Positions 38,711-52,699 of a DNA stretch of 64,000 nt are shown here, piece by piece (positions within the stretch are counted from its first letter, which is position 1; each line of letters starts with the position of its first letter). The stretch is from Octopus sinensis (taxonomy: Eukaryota), in NCBI RefSeq assembly GCF_006345805.1, contig NC_043000.1:37076001-37140000 (forward strand), read 5' to 3'. Made by a program: the position numbers and the translations under genes. Under the pieces are notes generated by a model that saw only the letters and a list, made by a program, of their open reading frames with translations, made no database searches and had not been told where the DNA came from.

Positions 38711-39962
38711 CAATAATGATGATGATGATGATAATGTGGAAACTTGTGTGAGATACATGCTTATGGAAGTTATAGTTTGAAGAGATAGGTACGTGATTTA
38801 CATAGCTTTGTATGAGAGTGTAGGTTTATATATATACTGGCTGCAGGAATCATTGAAATAATTCTCAAAGACAATCTCCAGCTTGGGTGTGCATGACAAG
38901 GAAAATGGAAAGAGGTGTCATGAATATAATGAAAGATGTTCACAATAAAACAAAACTGAATGTGGTATTTTATATTGGAATAAAACGTAAATAGGATGTG
39001 AATGGCAGGAAAGAGAAGGAGAGAGAGAGAGAGAGGAGAGAGACATAGAGCAGAAGAAAGAACTATGTTTTGAATATATAGAGGCAGAAGATAAGAGATC
39101 TGGTGTTGGAAAGAGTGTGGAATATGGTAAATAAAGAAAAGATGAGATCAAATAATCAAAGACTGAATGAATAGTTGTGCACGGAAGGAAATCTAGGCCT
39201 GAATGGAAACTGCAAAAAGAACTCCAAAGAACTAAAGCAGCACTAAGCTGTAAAAGAATTAAATGCTAAAGAATGAAGTTGTTAGATTTAAAAGTGAATA
39301 GCTGCGGAGGGTGAGACATGGATTCCAGGAAAACCTGAAGGATGAAATGGTTTAAACTAGAACATTGAAACTAACAAGGTTAGAAAATGGCATGAAATCT
39401 ATGTAGATAACAGAAAGTGTGTGTTTGTGTGAGTGTGGGGGCAGAAACCCATCATATTCTTCTTCTGTTGAGATATAAACTATTTGTTAGAAATGAATGT
39501 TAAAATATATAACAATGGTTCTGTTAGAATTTATGTAAGAAACATGGAAATCTTCAAGAAAGAAATTTAGCATTTAAAATTTTTCTTTCTCCAAAATGGG
39601 ATAAAAAGTGAGGGATAATGTTAGTTAATCTCTGAGATTTCATATAAGATATGGATAAATACACTGAAGCAACAGTTTAGATTTAATTGGAGAGAAAAAA
39701 CTTTAGGACCAGGCCTCCTCTTTATCATCATCATCATCACAACTGCCATTATTTTCCATTTTATTTTATATGTGTTTTCCATGTTGCTGTATTTTGGATC
39801 AATGCAGCAGCTTTTTGAAGAGTATTGCCCACCTAGAGAGGTTGGGAGATCTCATCTCATGTTTTAGATTTGGCATAATTTCTACAGCTGGATGCCCTTC
39901 CTAACAAAAACCACTTTACAGAGTGTACTGGTTCTAGCTTGCAACCAACCATCTGATTCCAG

Positions 39963-40034
39963 AGTCAATCCCATTCTGTACCACACGAGGCAAACACTGC
40001 CTATTGTGGTTTTGGCTTCATCAATGCCTTGCAA
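39963..40034 (+). CDS. Candidate 72-nt symmetric exon of an unidentified gene (SQSHSVPHEANTAYCGFGFINALQ)
   Basis: TTCCAG acceptor, AA/GTATGT donor, open phase-0 frame, non-repetitive; protein not recognised. Confidence 0.35.
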
Positions 40035-41958
40035 GTATGTGTGCTGTGCTTATACTTACTAATCTAAACAGGAGTAACATCCCTTAATGTCAAAAGTCTA
40101 ATTTTGTGATTCAATAAAATAAATCCCAGATCCTGAGTTTGATATGATAAATTAAAATCTTGAAGACCGTGTCCCAGTCCAATGACTGAAGCCAGTAAAA
40201 GACTGACATTTTTAGATAAAAACTGTTGATAAGACATGTCCATAAAAGGCCACTGTAGAAACTGTGTACCAACAACTAGATTTTGAGATTGGGAAAATTG
40301 TGATTGAAAGATTAAGTGGAAATCTAGATGAGATTGTAAGGCAAATGAGAAAGTAATTGAGTAAAAGAAATTGATTCGAGAATTGTGTAAGCAAATGCAA
40401 AGGCTTGTAGTGTGTGGAAGTTTACTGAGGAATTTTATGAGCAAATGCATTAGTTTGTGTTGCAGGAATGCTCATTGAAGAAGCATAGAAGAAGATACAT
40501 AAATTTGCAGAATATGAAAGTAAAAAGATTATGAAAACGATAGTTTGAAATTGTCCAAACAAAGTGAAGTGTTTTAAAGGACTAATGAAATCCTGTGATT
40601 CTGCTTCATTAAGAGCTGTTAGTAAATTAATAATATTTGAAACAGAAAATAAAATACTAGACATGTGAAATGAAATTTTAATTTTCATAACTGTGTGATT
40701 GAAGGAGGAGAAAGCAGAGCTCTACAGTCCAAACAGCTACAAGTGGTGGCTATTAAATGGAAAATCAATAAAGCCAGGCTTAGAAGTGAGTCCAGCAAAA
40801 TCTAAATGAGAAAATAAAAGAGAACGGACAACTGTTTAATGTTGCAAAATGATTTCATTATAACTGAGCCTCTACTCTCTCCATTATGAAGACTTTCTTT
40901 TGCCTTGCAGGCTACAAAGTGACCCCACCAGTGTTGGTGCCACAAAAACAGCATCTAGTACAAGTGGCTGGTGTTAGGAAGGGCATGTTGCTATAGAAAC
41001 TGTGCTACAACTAAGACACTGAAGCACGATTTGGTCCTTTGATCCTGCTGAGCCATTCAACCCCTGCCAGCATGGAAAACAAACTTAATAACGATGATGA
41101 TGATGAAATTAAGAAATATACTGCAATTTATCTTATAATCACTATGATGTTAATTAAAAATAACCACACTTTGTTATCAGGAATGAAAATTTAATTACAT
41201 AAATATCAGATTGTGAAGTCATCAATGTCAGTAGAGTAAAGAGGTTAGTTTTTAAGATAATATACTGACTTCAGTTCAAGGTGATCAGTCATTAAGTGCA
41301 GCAAGACTCACTTCTTTAAACAGCCAAACCCAAATGTTATTGCATTTGTTTAACTCAGCTCAGCTATGTTTGAGCAGACTAATAATCAAAGATAGCTCAG
41401 TCATAAGTGTTTAATCTTTCATTCCAACAGAAATGTATCTTGGATCTAGAATGTACCTATTGCCTCCTTTTTCTTAACATCATGGGGAAGACTTGCCTGT
41501 TGCTTTCAGTTGTTTAAGCAACCTTTTAGAGGCTCTATGATTGGCTGGTTAAGTATTACATTTAAGGTAGCTAGTGGAGGAGAGCAATCAGATTTTGCTG
41601 ACAAATTCCAAAATTGAAGAAGTCCTCAATGCGTGTTGTTTTATTATTTCAGAATCTGTTCACTTGACACCCAAATATTATTAAAATATTAAATACCTTT
41701 TTTACTTTTACCAGAATACCAGACAGGCTAGCTTCAAGAACACAGATAAAAGAAGTATAATTAGAGATACCTGATCAATAACATATTGACATTACTTGTT
41801 GACAGATGATTATTATAGACAAGATCATTTCTAGGTATGTAAGAGTAGAGCATATGGGTAAGTGTGAGTGTGTGTGTGCAAATGTATATATAAATATATA
41901 TATATATATATACACACACGCACACAATTCAAAGAGAGTTAGAGGTTGTGAATCCATC

Positions 41959-41994
41959 CTTTCTGTTGAAGAGTGTAGGCTCGAAATATAAAAG
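41959..41994 (+). ncRNA. Hammerhead variant (A6 to U), same architecture as 17343-17377
   Basis: CTTT-CTGTTGA-A-GAG[tgtagg]CTC-GAAA-TAT-A/AAAG; stem I CUUU:AAAG perfect; stem III palindrome ATAT. Confidence 0.6.
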
Positions 41995-42105
41995 ACTTTC
42001 TCACCTTCCTGAGCATCAAGCTAATACACTTATTTGTTGTTTATACACCTGTCTTCGTCTTTTGTTTTTCTGTAAAGTTCAACTGCATTGTTATATATAT
42101 ATGGT

Positions 42106-42140
<35 letters not shown>

Positions 42141-42764
42141 ATATAAAATCATCATACACCACACACACATATATATATCACTGTTTAAGTTTGCTTCTAA
42201 CCACAAGGAGCTGGATTTGGTCCTGCTGTGCAGTATGTTGTGTGAGTGCCTTCTACTATATACCTGGGCTAAACAAAACCTTGCAAGTGGATTTGATTGA
42301 CAGAAATTGAAAACATACACACATATATATATAATTACAAACTTCATATATATACATGTAAATACATACATAAAAATATATTTGTATTTGTAATGATAAT
42401 GATAATGACAATGATGATGATAATGGATTGGTTGAAACCTATAAATTTAAAGGAGACATTATTGTTCTAGCTCTTCAACAATATATCAAATGTGGTGTGA
42501 ATCAATATGATCCCATTGTTAAAGGGGAGATATTATTCATTTCATCCCCAATATATTCAGGTACAAATCTATAAAGTCAAGTCATTGTAGAAGGGAGAGT
42601 TTAGTATTTTACATTATTGAAAATACTTTCAATTGAAAATTAACCCTTTATATATATATATATATATATAAATATGCCCCACTCCCGCCATATATACATA
42701 CATACACACATACATACATACATATATACATACATACATATACATACATACATACATACATACA

Positions 42765-42796
<32 letters not shown>

Positions 42797-42971
42797 GTGG
42801 ATAAAAGATTAGAGATCTATACAAATCAAATTTTTATATATAAAAAAGATGGAGGTGGAAATAGCATAGAATTAAGTCTTTCAGGTTGAGAGAATTTAAT
42901 AAAAGATTATATATATATATATATATACACACAAACACAGACATATACACTTATACATGCTTACAAACATT

Positions 42972-43012
<41 letters not shown>

Positions 43013-44594
43013 ATATATATATGTATATATATACATATATATATACATATATATATGTATGTATATATATATGTGTATATATATATGTATGTATGTATCT
43101 ATGTATATTCAAAGTTAGTGTACTACACTCTACTCTGATATGCATGTTTAACTGCAAGATATGATGCATCATCTTTGCTTACACTTAATCAATAGCTGCA
43201 GCAGTTGTGCCCCCACCATGCAGTATTGATGCATGAATGGAAGATAAGTGTAGAAGTGACAGAAGTAGCAATGAATCATCAATCTCTTTATATCTGGATG
43301 TGAATAGCTATATATATATATACGTATATGTATAGCTGTGTGTAGGTGTGTGTACATACATATTTGTGTGTGCGTGTGTGTATAAGTAGATATATATATA
43401 TGTGTGTGTGTGAATGTGATATATATATATATAACACATTTAGAATTTTCTTTTAAAGTCATGCACATGACTGTATCTTTACATTTAGAACATGTAACAT
43501 GCAGTAGTAAAGCATTGGTATTTATAACAGAATACTGTATGCATACCATGCTGGTATGGGTTTGATGGCTCATTACTGCTCTAGTAGAGTGTCAAAAAGT
43601 CCATATGTTGGCTGCAAGTTTCTTTGTCTTTTTAGGCCTGAACTCTTCCACAGCTCCACAAGCAAAATAAAAATCACAAATAGATTGCCTATTCATTTTG
43701 TTTAATGCCTATTTTAGCTTGCTACCTTTGGTTAGAAGGAAGGTAACTGATTAGGATTTTTACTGCCAGATGCTCTTCCTGTTACCAATCATCCCCAACA
43801 AGAGGGGAGTCTTTGTTCATTTAGAATTCAAAAGCACAGAACCAATGGATGCTTTGCTGTTAAGAAATTAAAACAAACATCAATGATTTTAGCTACAAAT
43901 GGTGGTACCAACGTTTGGGGCTGTAGCTCAGCATACTTTCATAAGCATTCATATAGATATGCGTACACACACACAAATGATATGAGGATTTTAGTTCACT
44001 GGTGATCTAAACAAATAGGTACACTGTGTAAGTGCTATAATTGGTCAAACGTTATGTTCCAAGTTCACAACTGAGGCTGGAGCTAGGGACTTTTAGTAGG
44101 TTTCCGAGTTAGCAGGTATATATTAGAGGTAAAAGGACAACAAAGGCCAAGGCAGGACAGGTGTCTCAAGTTATTTAGAATATTTAATTAGAGTAAGGTG
44201 AATTTGAAGTGATTAATGAATTATTGGATGTCTAACAGCTGTTTCTGGGATATCCCAAGTTATAGGCTAGCATCTTCAAACACTGGGTCATTAGAGACAA
44301 GGTATGTATGAAATTCTAGACATGGAATTCACAGTTTATAAACAAATAAAACAGTAGAAAGAAGAATACAGGCAGGAAAATAAAGTTCACAGCTCATCTT
44401 CTCCAGGGAGTATGCATACATACACACACACACAAGATGGGCTTCTTTCAGTCTCCATCAACCAAGTTTCCCTTACAATGCATTGGTCATTCTGGAGCTA
44501 CAGCAGAAATCACTTATGTAAGATGCTACACAGAGGAGCTGAACCCGAAGCAACAAGGTTATGAAATAAATGTCTTCACCACAGAACAATGCAA

Positions 44595-44643
<49 letters not shown>

Positions 44644-44899
44644 ATAAATATAAGTAGCATATGTGTATGCAGTTAAAAGAGTATTAGATTGAATAGTTAT
44701 TGCCAGCAACTGCCAAGAAGTTTCATCATCTTTCTCTGATATATATACTGTGCTTTTTAACACAGCACATCTATAAGATATTTTAGCTTGAATGCAAATT
44801 GCAGTATCTTACCCAGCCACAGTGCATATATAGCATAGATGGTTATATGCATATGAGTGTGAATATTACAATTCTCAATTTTTGTCTGTGCAGTTGGCA

Positions 44900-45542
44900 G
44901 TTTGTATTGCAATTTCAAGAAGTGTATATGAGAATTCGATTTATTGTAGTACATGGCACATGTACCTATTTGCAGTGATCCAAAGAAAACAGACAGAAGA
45001 TAATAAAAGTGAAATGAAAACTAACAAATCATTGTTTAGACAGTGCAACAGGTTTAGAAAACCATCTGGAATTCATAACGTTAAAACTGTAAGGAAATGT
45101 GCAAGTGCGGATGGTAATGTAACTGCCAGATGTCATGTTGAAATGAAATATATTATTGAAGACGGTGATTATTTTCATTAACAAATTATAAATGCTGATG
45201 AAACAAGATTGTTTAGGAAATGAATGTTTAATAAAAATTTATTTGGCAAAAAAACAAAAAATTACAATCTGATGTTAGAAAGGCTGTTTACACCTGGGAA
45301 TGTCTAGAATAAATGATGGGATTGTCAGAGAATAGCATGACTCCCATGATGTGGTCCTCAAGGATGAAGATATTTTAAAGTTTAGAGCAGCATCATGCAT
45401 ATGATGATGATTGCCAAAATGGAGCAGATGAGGGTGAGAAGCAAATGAAAGAATTTGCAGTTAAAGAACTCGGTACTATTTTTAGAATTTTTGAAGACAG
45501 AAAACAGATGATAATGAATGCAGAGCAGAAGAGAAAGAGAAA

Positions 45543-45592
<50 letters not shown>

Positions 45593-45700
45593 CAGCTATA
45601 CAAGTAAAAAGACAAGTTGAAAATGCACTCAGCTCCTATGGAGTCACGTAGAGAATAGAAAAATAAGGAAGATAAAAAAAATCGCTTTTAAAATGATTAT
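44900..45700 (+). mobile_element. Tigger/pogo transposase remnant, internally deleted, with (GA)n insertion
   Basis: RFRKPSGIHNVKTVRKCASAD...IIEDGDY..QIINADETRLF followed by C-terminal KEFAVKELGTIF...VKRQVENALSSY. Confidence 0.75.
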
Positions 45701-45885
45701 AAAAAGCACTGGAAACATTGAATTTTTAATTTTTTTTATTTGGTCACATGCTGATGCAAGTCAATAAACTCATAAAACTGTGTCCAATTGTTTCCTTTTT
45801 TTTTTTGTATCGATTTTCATTTGCCTTTTTTATGGAGGTATTTCAAAAATTTTTTTTCAAGGTTAAGACATTAATTGGGGATTTT

Positions 45886-46160
45886 AGATCATCATCATCA
45901 TCATCGTTTAACGTCCGCTTTCCATGCTGGCATGGGTTGGACGGTTTGGCTGAGGACTGGCGAGCCAGAAGGCTGCACCAGGCTCCAATGTGATCTGGCA
46001 AAGTTTCTACAACTGGATGCCCTTCCTAATGCCAACCACTCCAAGAGTGTAGTGGGTGCTTTTATGTGCCACTGGCGGTTCTGGCAACAACCACGTTCAA
46101 AAGGTGGTTTTTACATGCTACCTACACAGGAGCCAGTCCGGCAGCACAGGCATCGATGTA
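45886..46160 (-). mobile_element. SINE family D (GTTGGCATTAGGAAGGGCATCCAGC core, Meta/MESC-like; (GAT)n tail); other copies 39720-39930(-), 40920-41105(+), 48185-48430(+), 56975-57330(-), 59060-59362(+), 59846-60090(-)
   Basis: Shared CATGCTGGCATGGGTTGGAC...GGATGCCCTTCCTAATGCCAACCACTCC block in all copies. Confidence 0.85.
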
Positions 46161-46320
46161 TTTATGTATTTGATCACTGAGGCTTCACATACTGGAGCAT
46201 TTCTATGGCATACATAACTGCACTAAACAAATGAGTGTGTGAGCATGTATGTATATACATACAAACACACACACACACACACACACACAACACACACACA
46301 CACATATATATATATAAATA

Positions 46321-46428
46321 TATGTAGTCGTTTTTTCAGTAATTCTAGCCTCCTATTAGATGTGTTTCTGACTCTAGTCAGAAACACATCTAATAGGAGG
46401 CTAGAATTACTGAAAAAACGACTACATA
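46321..46428. repeat. Perfect 53-bp palindrome with 2-nt spacer
   Basis: 46321-46373 is the exact reverse complement of 46376-46428. Confidence 0.97.
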
Positions 46429-46459
46429 ATTTTTTTTAAAGTTTTGGCTTATCCATAGT

Positions 46460-46527
<68 letters not shown>

Positions 46528-48428
46528 CATATACATATACACACATACACGCACAAACACAAATGCCAGGCATAGATATAATTATCATCATCATCATTTA
46601 GTATCCAGCTTCCGTACTGAAATGCACCAAACAGCTTGACTGAAACGATTGAGCCAGAAGACTGTGTAAAGCTCTAATGTCTGCATTATATGTAGGTGTT
46701 CATACATTTATGAACACACGCATGTGTGTGTATATTTTATTGGTTTCAGTCAAAGGACTGTGGCCATATCTGGCACCAAATGGTTTTAGTCAATGCTGTT
46801 TACCACAGTACTAGTATCATCCTGGTAAAGTGATTAAATTATAATTATGACAACATACTCATTCTTAACCATTTAGCAATCAGATTACTCTGAAAATGAT
46901 ATGCTTATTAATTCACATTTTTTTTCAATAATTCATGCATTATCTCATTAGCTTTGAAATTTTGGTAATGTGATTGCTTACTTTTAGAGAAACATTGTAG
47001 GGCAAGTGTGGGAGACTGATTCTGGCCAATTTGAACATTAAACAGATATGGCCAGTTGAAATGCTGAAGGGTCAACTTGGCTGTGATTTGTCTAAATACA
47101 TAAATATCATCATCATCAGCACCATTGCTGCCGCCACCGCCGCCACCACCACCACCACCACCACTATGAATTTATGAGCATTTTCACTAGTTCTGTCCAC
47201 CAAGATACTGGATAACTCAATGTTTGTTGTGCAGTAAGACTGCAGCAAAAAGCTCTGATCCACCAAAATTATTTGTTTAACAGGGGTAAAAAATACTCTG
47301 TTAGAGATACAAGCAAATAAAATAAATAGTTAAGCTGATGGAAAAATAAAATTTATTGGATTTCGTATTTATTAAATCATTACATGTATAATTGGGCCTC
47401 TAATTATACTTAATTATATCACTAATTATTTTATATTTTCTAAGCAGAGTTAAGTGAAATACCAAAGGATAGAAAATTATACTCCACAGGTGGACAAACT
47501 CACACACTCAACATGCCTGATATTCTAATAATTAAAACAGGCTAAATAAATAAATAAATAATGCATTAAAAGACAGAGAATTATATGGTAAAATTACTGA
47601 ACTGGAGACAGCAAGGTTATGAGTTCAAATTTCGCTATAGTCATTGCACATTTCACTCTGTTTATCATGACTTGATGAAAATAGGTGTCAATTTCATTTC
47701 ACAGCTTGGTGATTACTGATAGGAAATGAAATAAGCTTGAAACAAAAATGTAAAAAAAAAAAAAAATAACATAAGCAAGAAAACAAAATACTGTTGAAGC
47801 AAGAAATAAATCAACAAAAATTCATAAAAATCTAATTCAACCATAAGAGAAGATGGGGAAAAGGGAAGACAATCATTATTGGCATTGGAATTTTAAGTCA
47901 AGAATTTCCCCCAATGCCATGACACATCACTGGAAAGAAAAAAATAAAGTCTTAATATAAATAAATGTGTGTGTATGTGTGCGTGCACGTAGACACACAT
48001 ATAGGCACACACACACACAAGGAAAAGTCAGACCATGATTTTGAAGTTCAAGAAACGTACCCTACTAAAAAGTATTGGGTCATCCTTGTATTTAATTGTT
48101 TATATATATATTAATATAAAAACATGCACACACACACATATATATATATTAACAAACAGTTGTGCATGTATGTGTGTGCATATATATAGTGCTGCCTGAC
48201 TGGCTCCCCATGCCGGTAGCACGTAAAAAGCTCCATCTGAATGTGGCCGATGCCAGTGCCACCTGACTGGCTCCTGTGCCAGTAGCACATAAAAATCACC
48301 CACTACACTCTCAGAGTGGGTGACGTTAGGAGGGCATCCAGCTGTAGAAGCCTTGTTAGATCAGTCTCCAGTCAAACTGTCCAATCCATGCCAGCATGGA
48401 AAACAGATGTTAAACGATGATAATGATG

Positions 48429-48459
<31 letters not shown>

Positions 48460-48524
48460 TTTATACACACATTTATCGACTTTCTAGTTAGTCTGACCCT
48501 CTCCTATATATATACACACACACA

Positions 48525-48660
48525 CACATGTACAACGGGCTTCTTTCCATTTCCATCTACCGGATCCACTCACAAGGCTTTGGTCAGCCCAAGATTATAA
48601 CTATAGCAGAAGATACTTGCCCAAGATGCCATGCAGTGGGACTGAACTCAGAACCGATTA
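48525..48660 (-). mobile_element. SINE family A, 5' half only (similar half-copies at 44420-44600 and 60890-61050)
   Basis: GGGCTTCTTTC...CCACTCACAAGGCTTTGGTC...CTTGCCCAAG; ends at the internal (CA)n. Confidence 0.75.
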
Positions 48661-48690
48661 TACAAAAGAATATGTATATATATATATATA

Positions 48691-48840
48691 TATATATCTG
48701 TAAATGTAATATGTGACAATTATTTGGTAGCCATGATAAAACTCCGAGTGTTGGGTCGGCCATCGGATTCCGTTATGACATCCAAAACTCGGAGTTTTAT
48801 CATGGCTACCAAATAATTGTCGCAAATTTACAGATATATA
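48691..48840. repeat. Long inverted repeat with a 35-bp perfect core and a 15-bp outer arm
   Basis: 48715-48749 pairs perfectly with 48787-48821; 48691-48705 pairs with 48826-48840. Confidence 0.95.
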
Positions 48841-48841
48841 T

Positions 48842-48896
<55 letters not shown>

Positions 48897-49516
48897 CACA
48901 TATATTAACTCATTTCTGGGCAGTACATGTATGTGTGTGTGTATAATCACACACACACACATACACACACACACACACTTATCTTCCTTTAATGTGTAAA
49001 CAATTTTTTATACATTTCACTAAGTATAAAGTTTTCTAGAGTTTTCTAAAATTGATTATTTTTACCTTTTAACTGTATAAGTCAATCTCTATAGAACAAT
49101 ATAGAAAATCAAATATCTAAGTATATAGGCAGTGTGTGTGGGTGTATATGCGTATGCATATATATGTATGTAGATACATATAGCTTTCTATATACTCAAA
49201 AACTTAATCAGTAATATATTTAAACACATCCATGAACAAAAGCACATAGATATACACTGTATGTACGTGTGTATGTATGTATATATGTATATATGCATGT
49301 GTGTATGAATAGAAATCCACACACAACTACATTGTCAGTGTTTGAGAAGTTGTTTGCGTGAATGCATATATATGTGGTAGTGCATATACATACACACACA
49401 CACACACACACACAAATACAAACACACACAAAGCAAAGTAAAGGCATTAATGTAAAGTGAAGTAAGTGGAGAAAAAAAAGAGACAAATAAATGTTAGTTT
49501 TTATTTTATTTCTAAG

Positions 49517-49548
<32 letters not shown>

Positions 49549-51542
49549 TTTTTTTTCGGTGTGTGTGTTCCATTAGCTTAATTTATTATTCTGTGGAAAG
49601 TCACTTTTCTTAACACCATTTCCAGTATTGAACACATTCTGTAGCTATTTAAATATCAAAACGTGTATTAGGTAGCTTAGTTCTTGCTTCAAACATTCTA
49701 CTTGTTTATTTATTTATTGATTTAATTTTTTAATATATAGTTGATATATAAATTAGTTAATTGGTAATATAGTTTATACAATATATATTTTTATAATCAG
49801 TTAATTTGCGATATATATATATATTACAATATATATTACATAAGCACATACACATAATTAGTAAATTCATTATATGGTTTTTATATATGTATATACACAT
49901 ACACATAAACAGTTAACTTATATGGTGTACATAACATACACATATAATATGCATGTATATATATATATATATATATATATCCTATAATTTACTCTTTGCC
50001 ACACCCGCACAACAGTTTTACAGTCATGAAACCAGGATTTTTTACACTTGAAGAATTTCAGCATTAGTCTGGAATCCAACAGTGTTGATTGCCCAGAACT
50101 CAGGTTGAGTGCCTCTCTGGAAATACCCTACCTTTATACTCTACTAGGACATAAGATGTATGTGTGTGTGTGTGTGCAAATTTGTCAAAAATTATATAAC
50201 AATCCTAAACACTGATACAGAACCAAACATGTTACTAGAAAATATATAAGTACTGAACTGATCATCCTGTAGAAGGTTGACAGGGAGAAATAAGCTTGGC
50301 AAGATTTGAATTTGGACATAAATGTCTGTAACTAAACACTCTACTGATTCTGTCATCTGCTGGTCTCATTAAATTCAAAATAATGAAGTTCTAGTTCAGC
50401 CCTAATTACGCAGTCTTGTGATCAAAGTCATTCCTGCCATGAGCAGTCTGTTCTTACAGAAGTTTCTAGAAATAAATTTTTGAGACAGTTGAGTATAATT
50501 TCAAGCTGTCACTGCTATTTCAAGGAGGCCAGAATACTACAGAGAAACGCAAGTCCAGGTGAGCCCTGATTGAGCAGGTCATAATAAAAGATTTGCCAGC
50601 TATGGGCTGTCTCACCTCTTATTCAGTCATAAAGCATATACACCATTGCATTACCCTTTGTGATACCAACCAACTTGAGACAACCCAACTCCTATGATAC
50701 AAAAGTCCTATCTATATCTAAATCAAAACCTTTCATAGGAATTCCATGTGAATTTGTTTCAAACAACAGCTTAATAATAACTAATTTATTTTACTAAATT
50801 CTTCATTATTTTCAAAAATAATTGAACGAAAAGCAGTATATTTCAACAGTAATATGAATTTATTGTACACGGTGCTCAGGAAACAAGAGTTAAACAGTTG
50901 GTAATGCCATTTTTAAAGCAGCAGCATGTTATTGAAAAGTAACCTGGCTGCTATATTTAGAAGGTTGTACAAACACATAGAGGCTCTCTCTTCTCCTCAT
51001 AGTTATTACTGTTATGTAGGATCTCTCGTAATCCATCTCATCATGGAGTATCTACAGCCTCTAGCACAGTGATTGCATGGATTTATGGCTTCACTCACTC
51101 AGTAACCTAGTTTCTGATCATTGAAACTGAGCAGTGAAGGTACATAACCTCAACTTTGAAGGAATAAATGATAGCTATTAAATGTACTGAGAAACCACAC
51201 TGTTATCAGACATGTATATGTGTTCTTACAATACAAATGAAGCGATAAGGCAAGCGACTGGCTAACCAATTCCAGAGGTACTCTAGTGGAATAGAAATCC
51301 ACTTTAGATATTTTGTTGTGACTCAAAACAGAATAATTAGTTGAACATCTGTGTCAGTTAGACATGATGATGAAATAGATATCTGGCTTTTCTTGGGAAG
51401 TTATTTGTATTAGACAGGTGTCCAACCCAGGGGGAAATATATCTCTTATTTGATTAAGGCTACAAATAGCAGTCAGGTAGCAGTGGCACTCTGGAATTAT
51501 CTGTAATGCACCAGGGAATAACATTAAATATGAGAGAATGGT

Positions 51543-51579
<37 letters not shown>

Positions 51580-51769
51580 TATATACTCAAATACAAAAAT
51601 ACAAGGCTAAAATACTACAAATGAACAGTGCGTGTGTGTATGTGTATATATGCACACACAAAACTATTTATATGTATATGCAATAAACAAAACCAAAACA
51701 TAATGAGACAACAAAAGAAGTACAATTGTTAACATAAAATATATTAGTTTAATGTTTGAAAGTAAAGAA

Positions 51770-51805
51770 TCTTAACATTTTGGACATTAGTTCTTCATCA
51801 GAGAA
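51770..51805 (-). ncRNA. Decayed hammerhead motif (G12 to A) in a Penelope-pLTR-like element
   Basis: TTCT-CTGATGA-A-GAAC[taat]GTCC-AAAA-TGT-T/AAGA; the two 3'-half changes (G12 to A, ACGT to ATGT) are CpG-type transitions from ...GTCC-GAAA-CGT. Confidence 0.55.
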
Positions 51806-52303
51806 AAGCATAAAAAGGGTGAGAAACAGGATCAGTAGTTGAGAAAAAAAGAAGAAACAAAAAATAGGTAGGGATTTTCAATGAAGTGGGAATGTGCTTC
51901 GATGGAGAGGATATAAGATGAGTGGAGAGGGTGTGTGTGAGCATATGCATGTATAGGAGTGTTTCCGGTTTGAGATGAGCATAGAGGTGGGGGAAGGAGC
52001 ATGTAGTTTTTCTTGAGGTGTATGTATGTGTGTACAAGTGTCAGTTTGTGAGAGTGTATGTGTGTATGAGGAGAGCATGGAAGTATGAAGGTAGAAGTGG
52101 ACAGAGCTGTGAGGTAAAAGTGAATATATACACAACAAGCTTCTATGCAGTTTCAGTTATCAGGCTATAAGTTAGCTTAAACTGACCACATGCTATATTT
52201 GCCTAAGGTTCTGTGCTGTAGGGTTGAAGTCAGTCAGAACTGGGAACTTGTAATACACTCACACACATACACATATACATATATACATACGTACATATAT
52301 ATA

Positions 52304-52600
52304 TAAAGGGTGATTCAAAAGTCACCATACATAGGAACAATTTATCTTTTTATAAGAAAGAGTTTATAAGTACAGTTTCTTTTTTATTTAACAGGCTCTA
52401 CATGGTTACCATTGTTTTGAATACACATTGCAATACATTTACCCCACTCATTGTGAACTCATAATGGCACATCTGGTGATACGCGTGCAAAGGAGTTGGT
52501 GATGCGTTCCTTCAAATGATTTATGTCTTTTATCTTTCTGCAATACACTATGCCTTTCAAATGGCCCCAAAGATAGAAGCCAAAAGGGGTCAGATCAGGG
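52304..52600 (-). mobile_element. Tc1/mariner-superfamily transposase C-terminus plus TIR
   Basis: PDLTPFGFYLWGHLKGIVY...INHLKERITNSF...NNGNHVE resembles SPDLTPLDFYLWGYLK; terminus AAAGGGTGATTCAAAA next to (TA)n. Confidence 0.75.
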
Positions 52601-52664
52601 AATCTTATAAAGTGTGTTTTATAAAAAAAATTTTCCTATGTATGGAGACTTTTGAATCATCCTC

Positions 52665-52699
<35 letters not shown>

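Noticed and set aside
49990-50160. Possible exon (open frames with splice-like signals on both strands)
   Set aside because: Strand and frame ambiguous, donors weak, no recognisable protein
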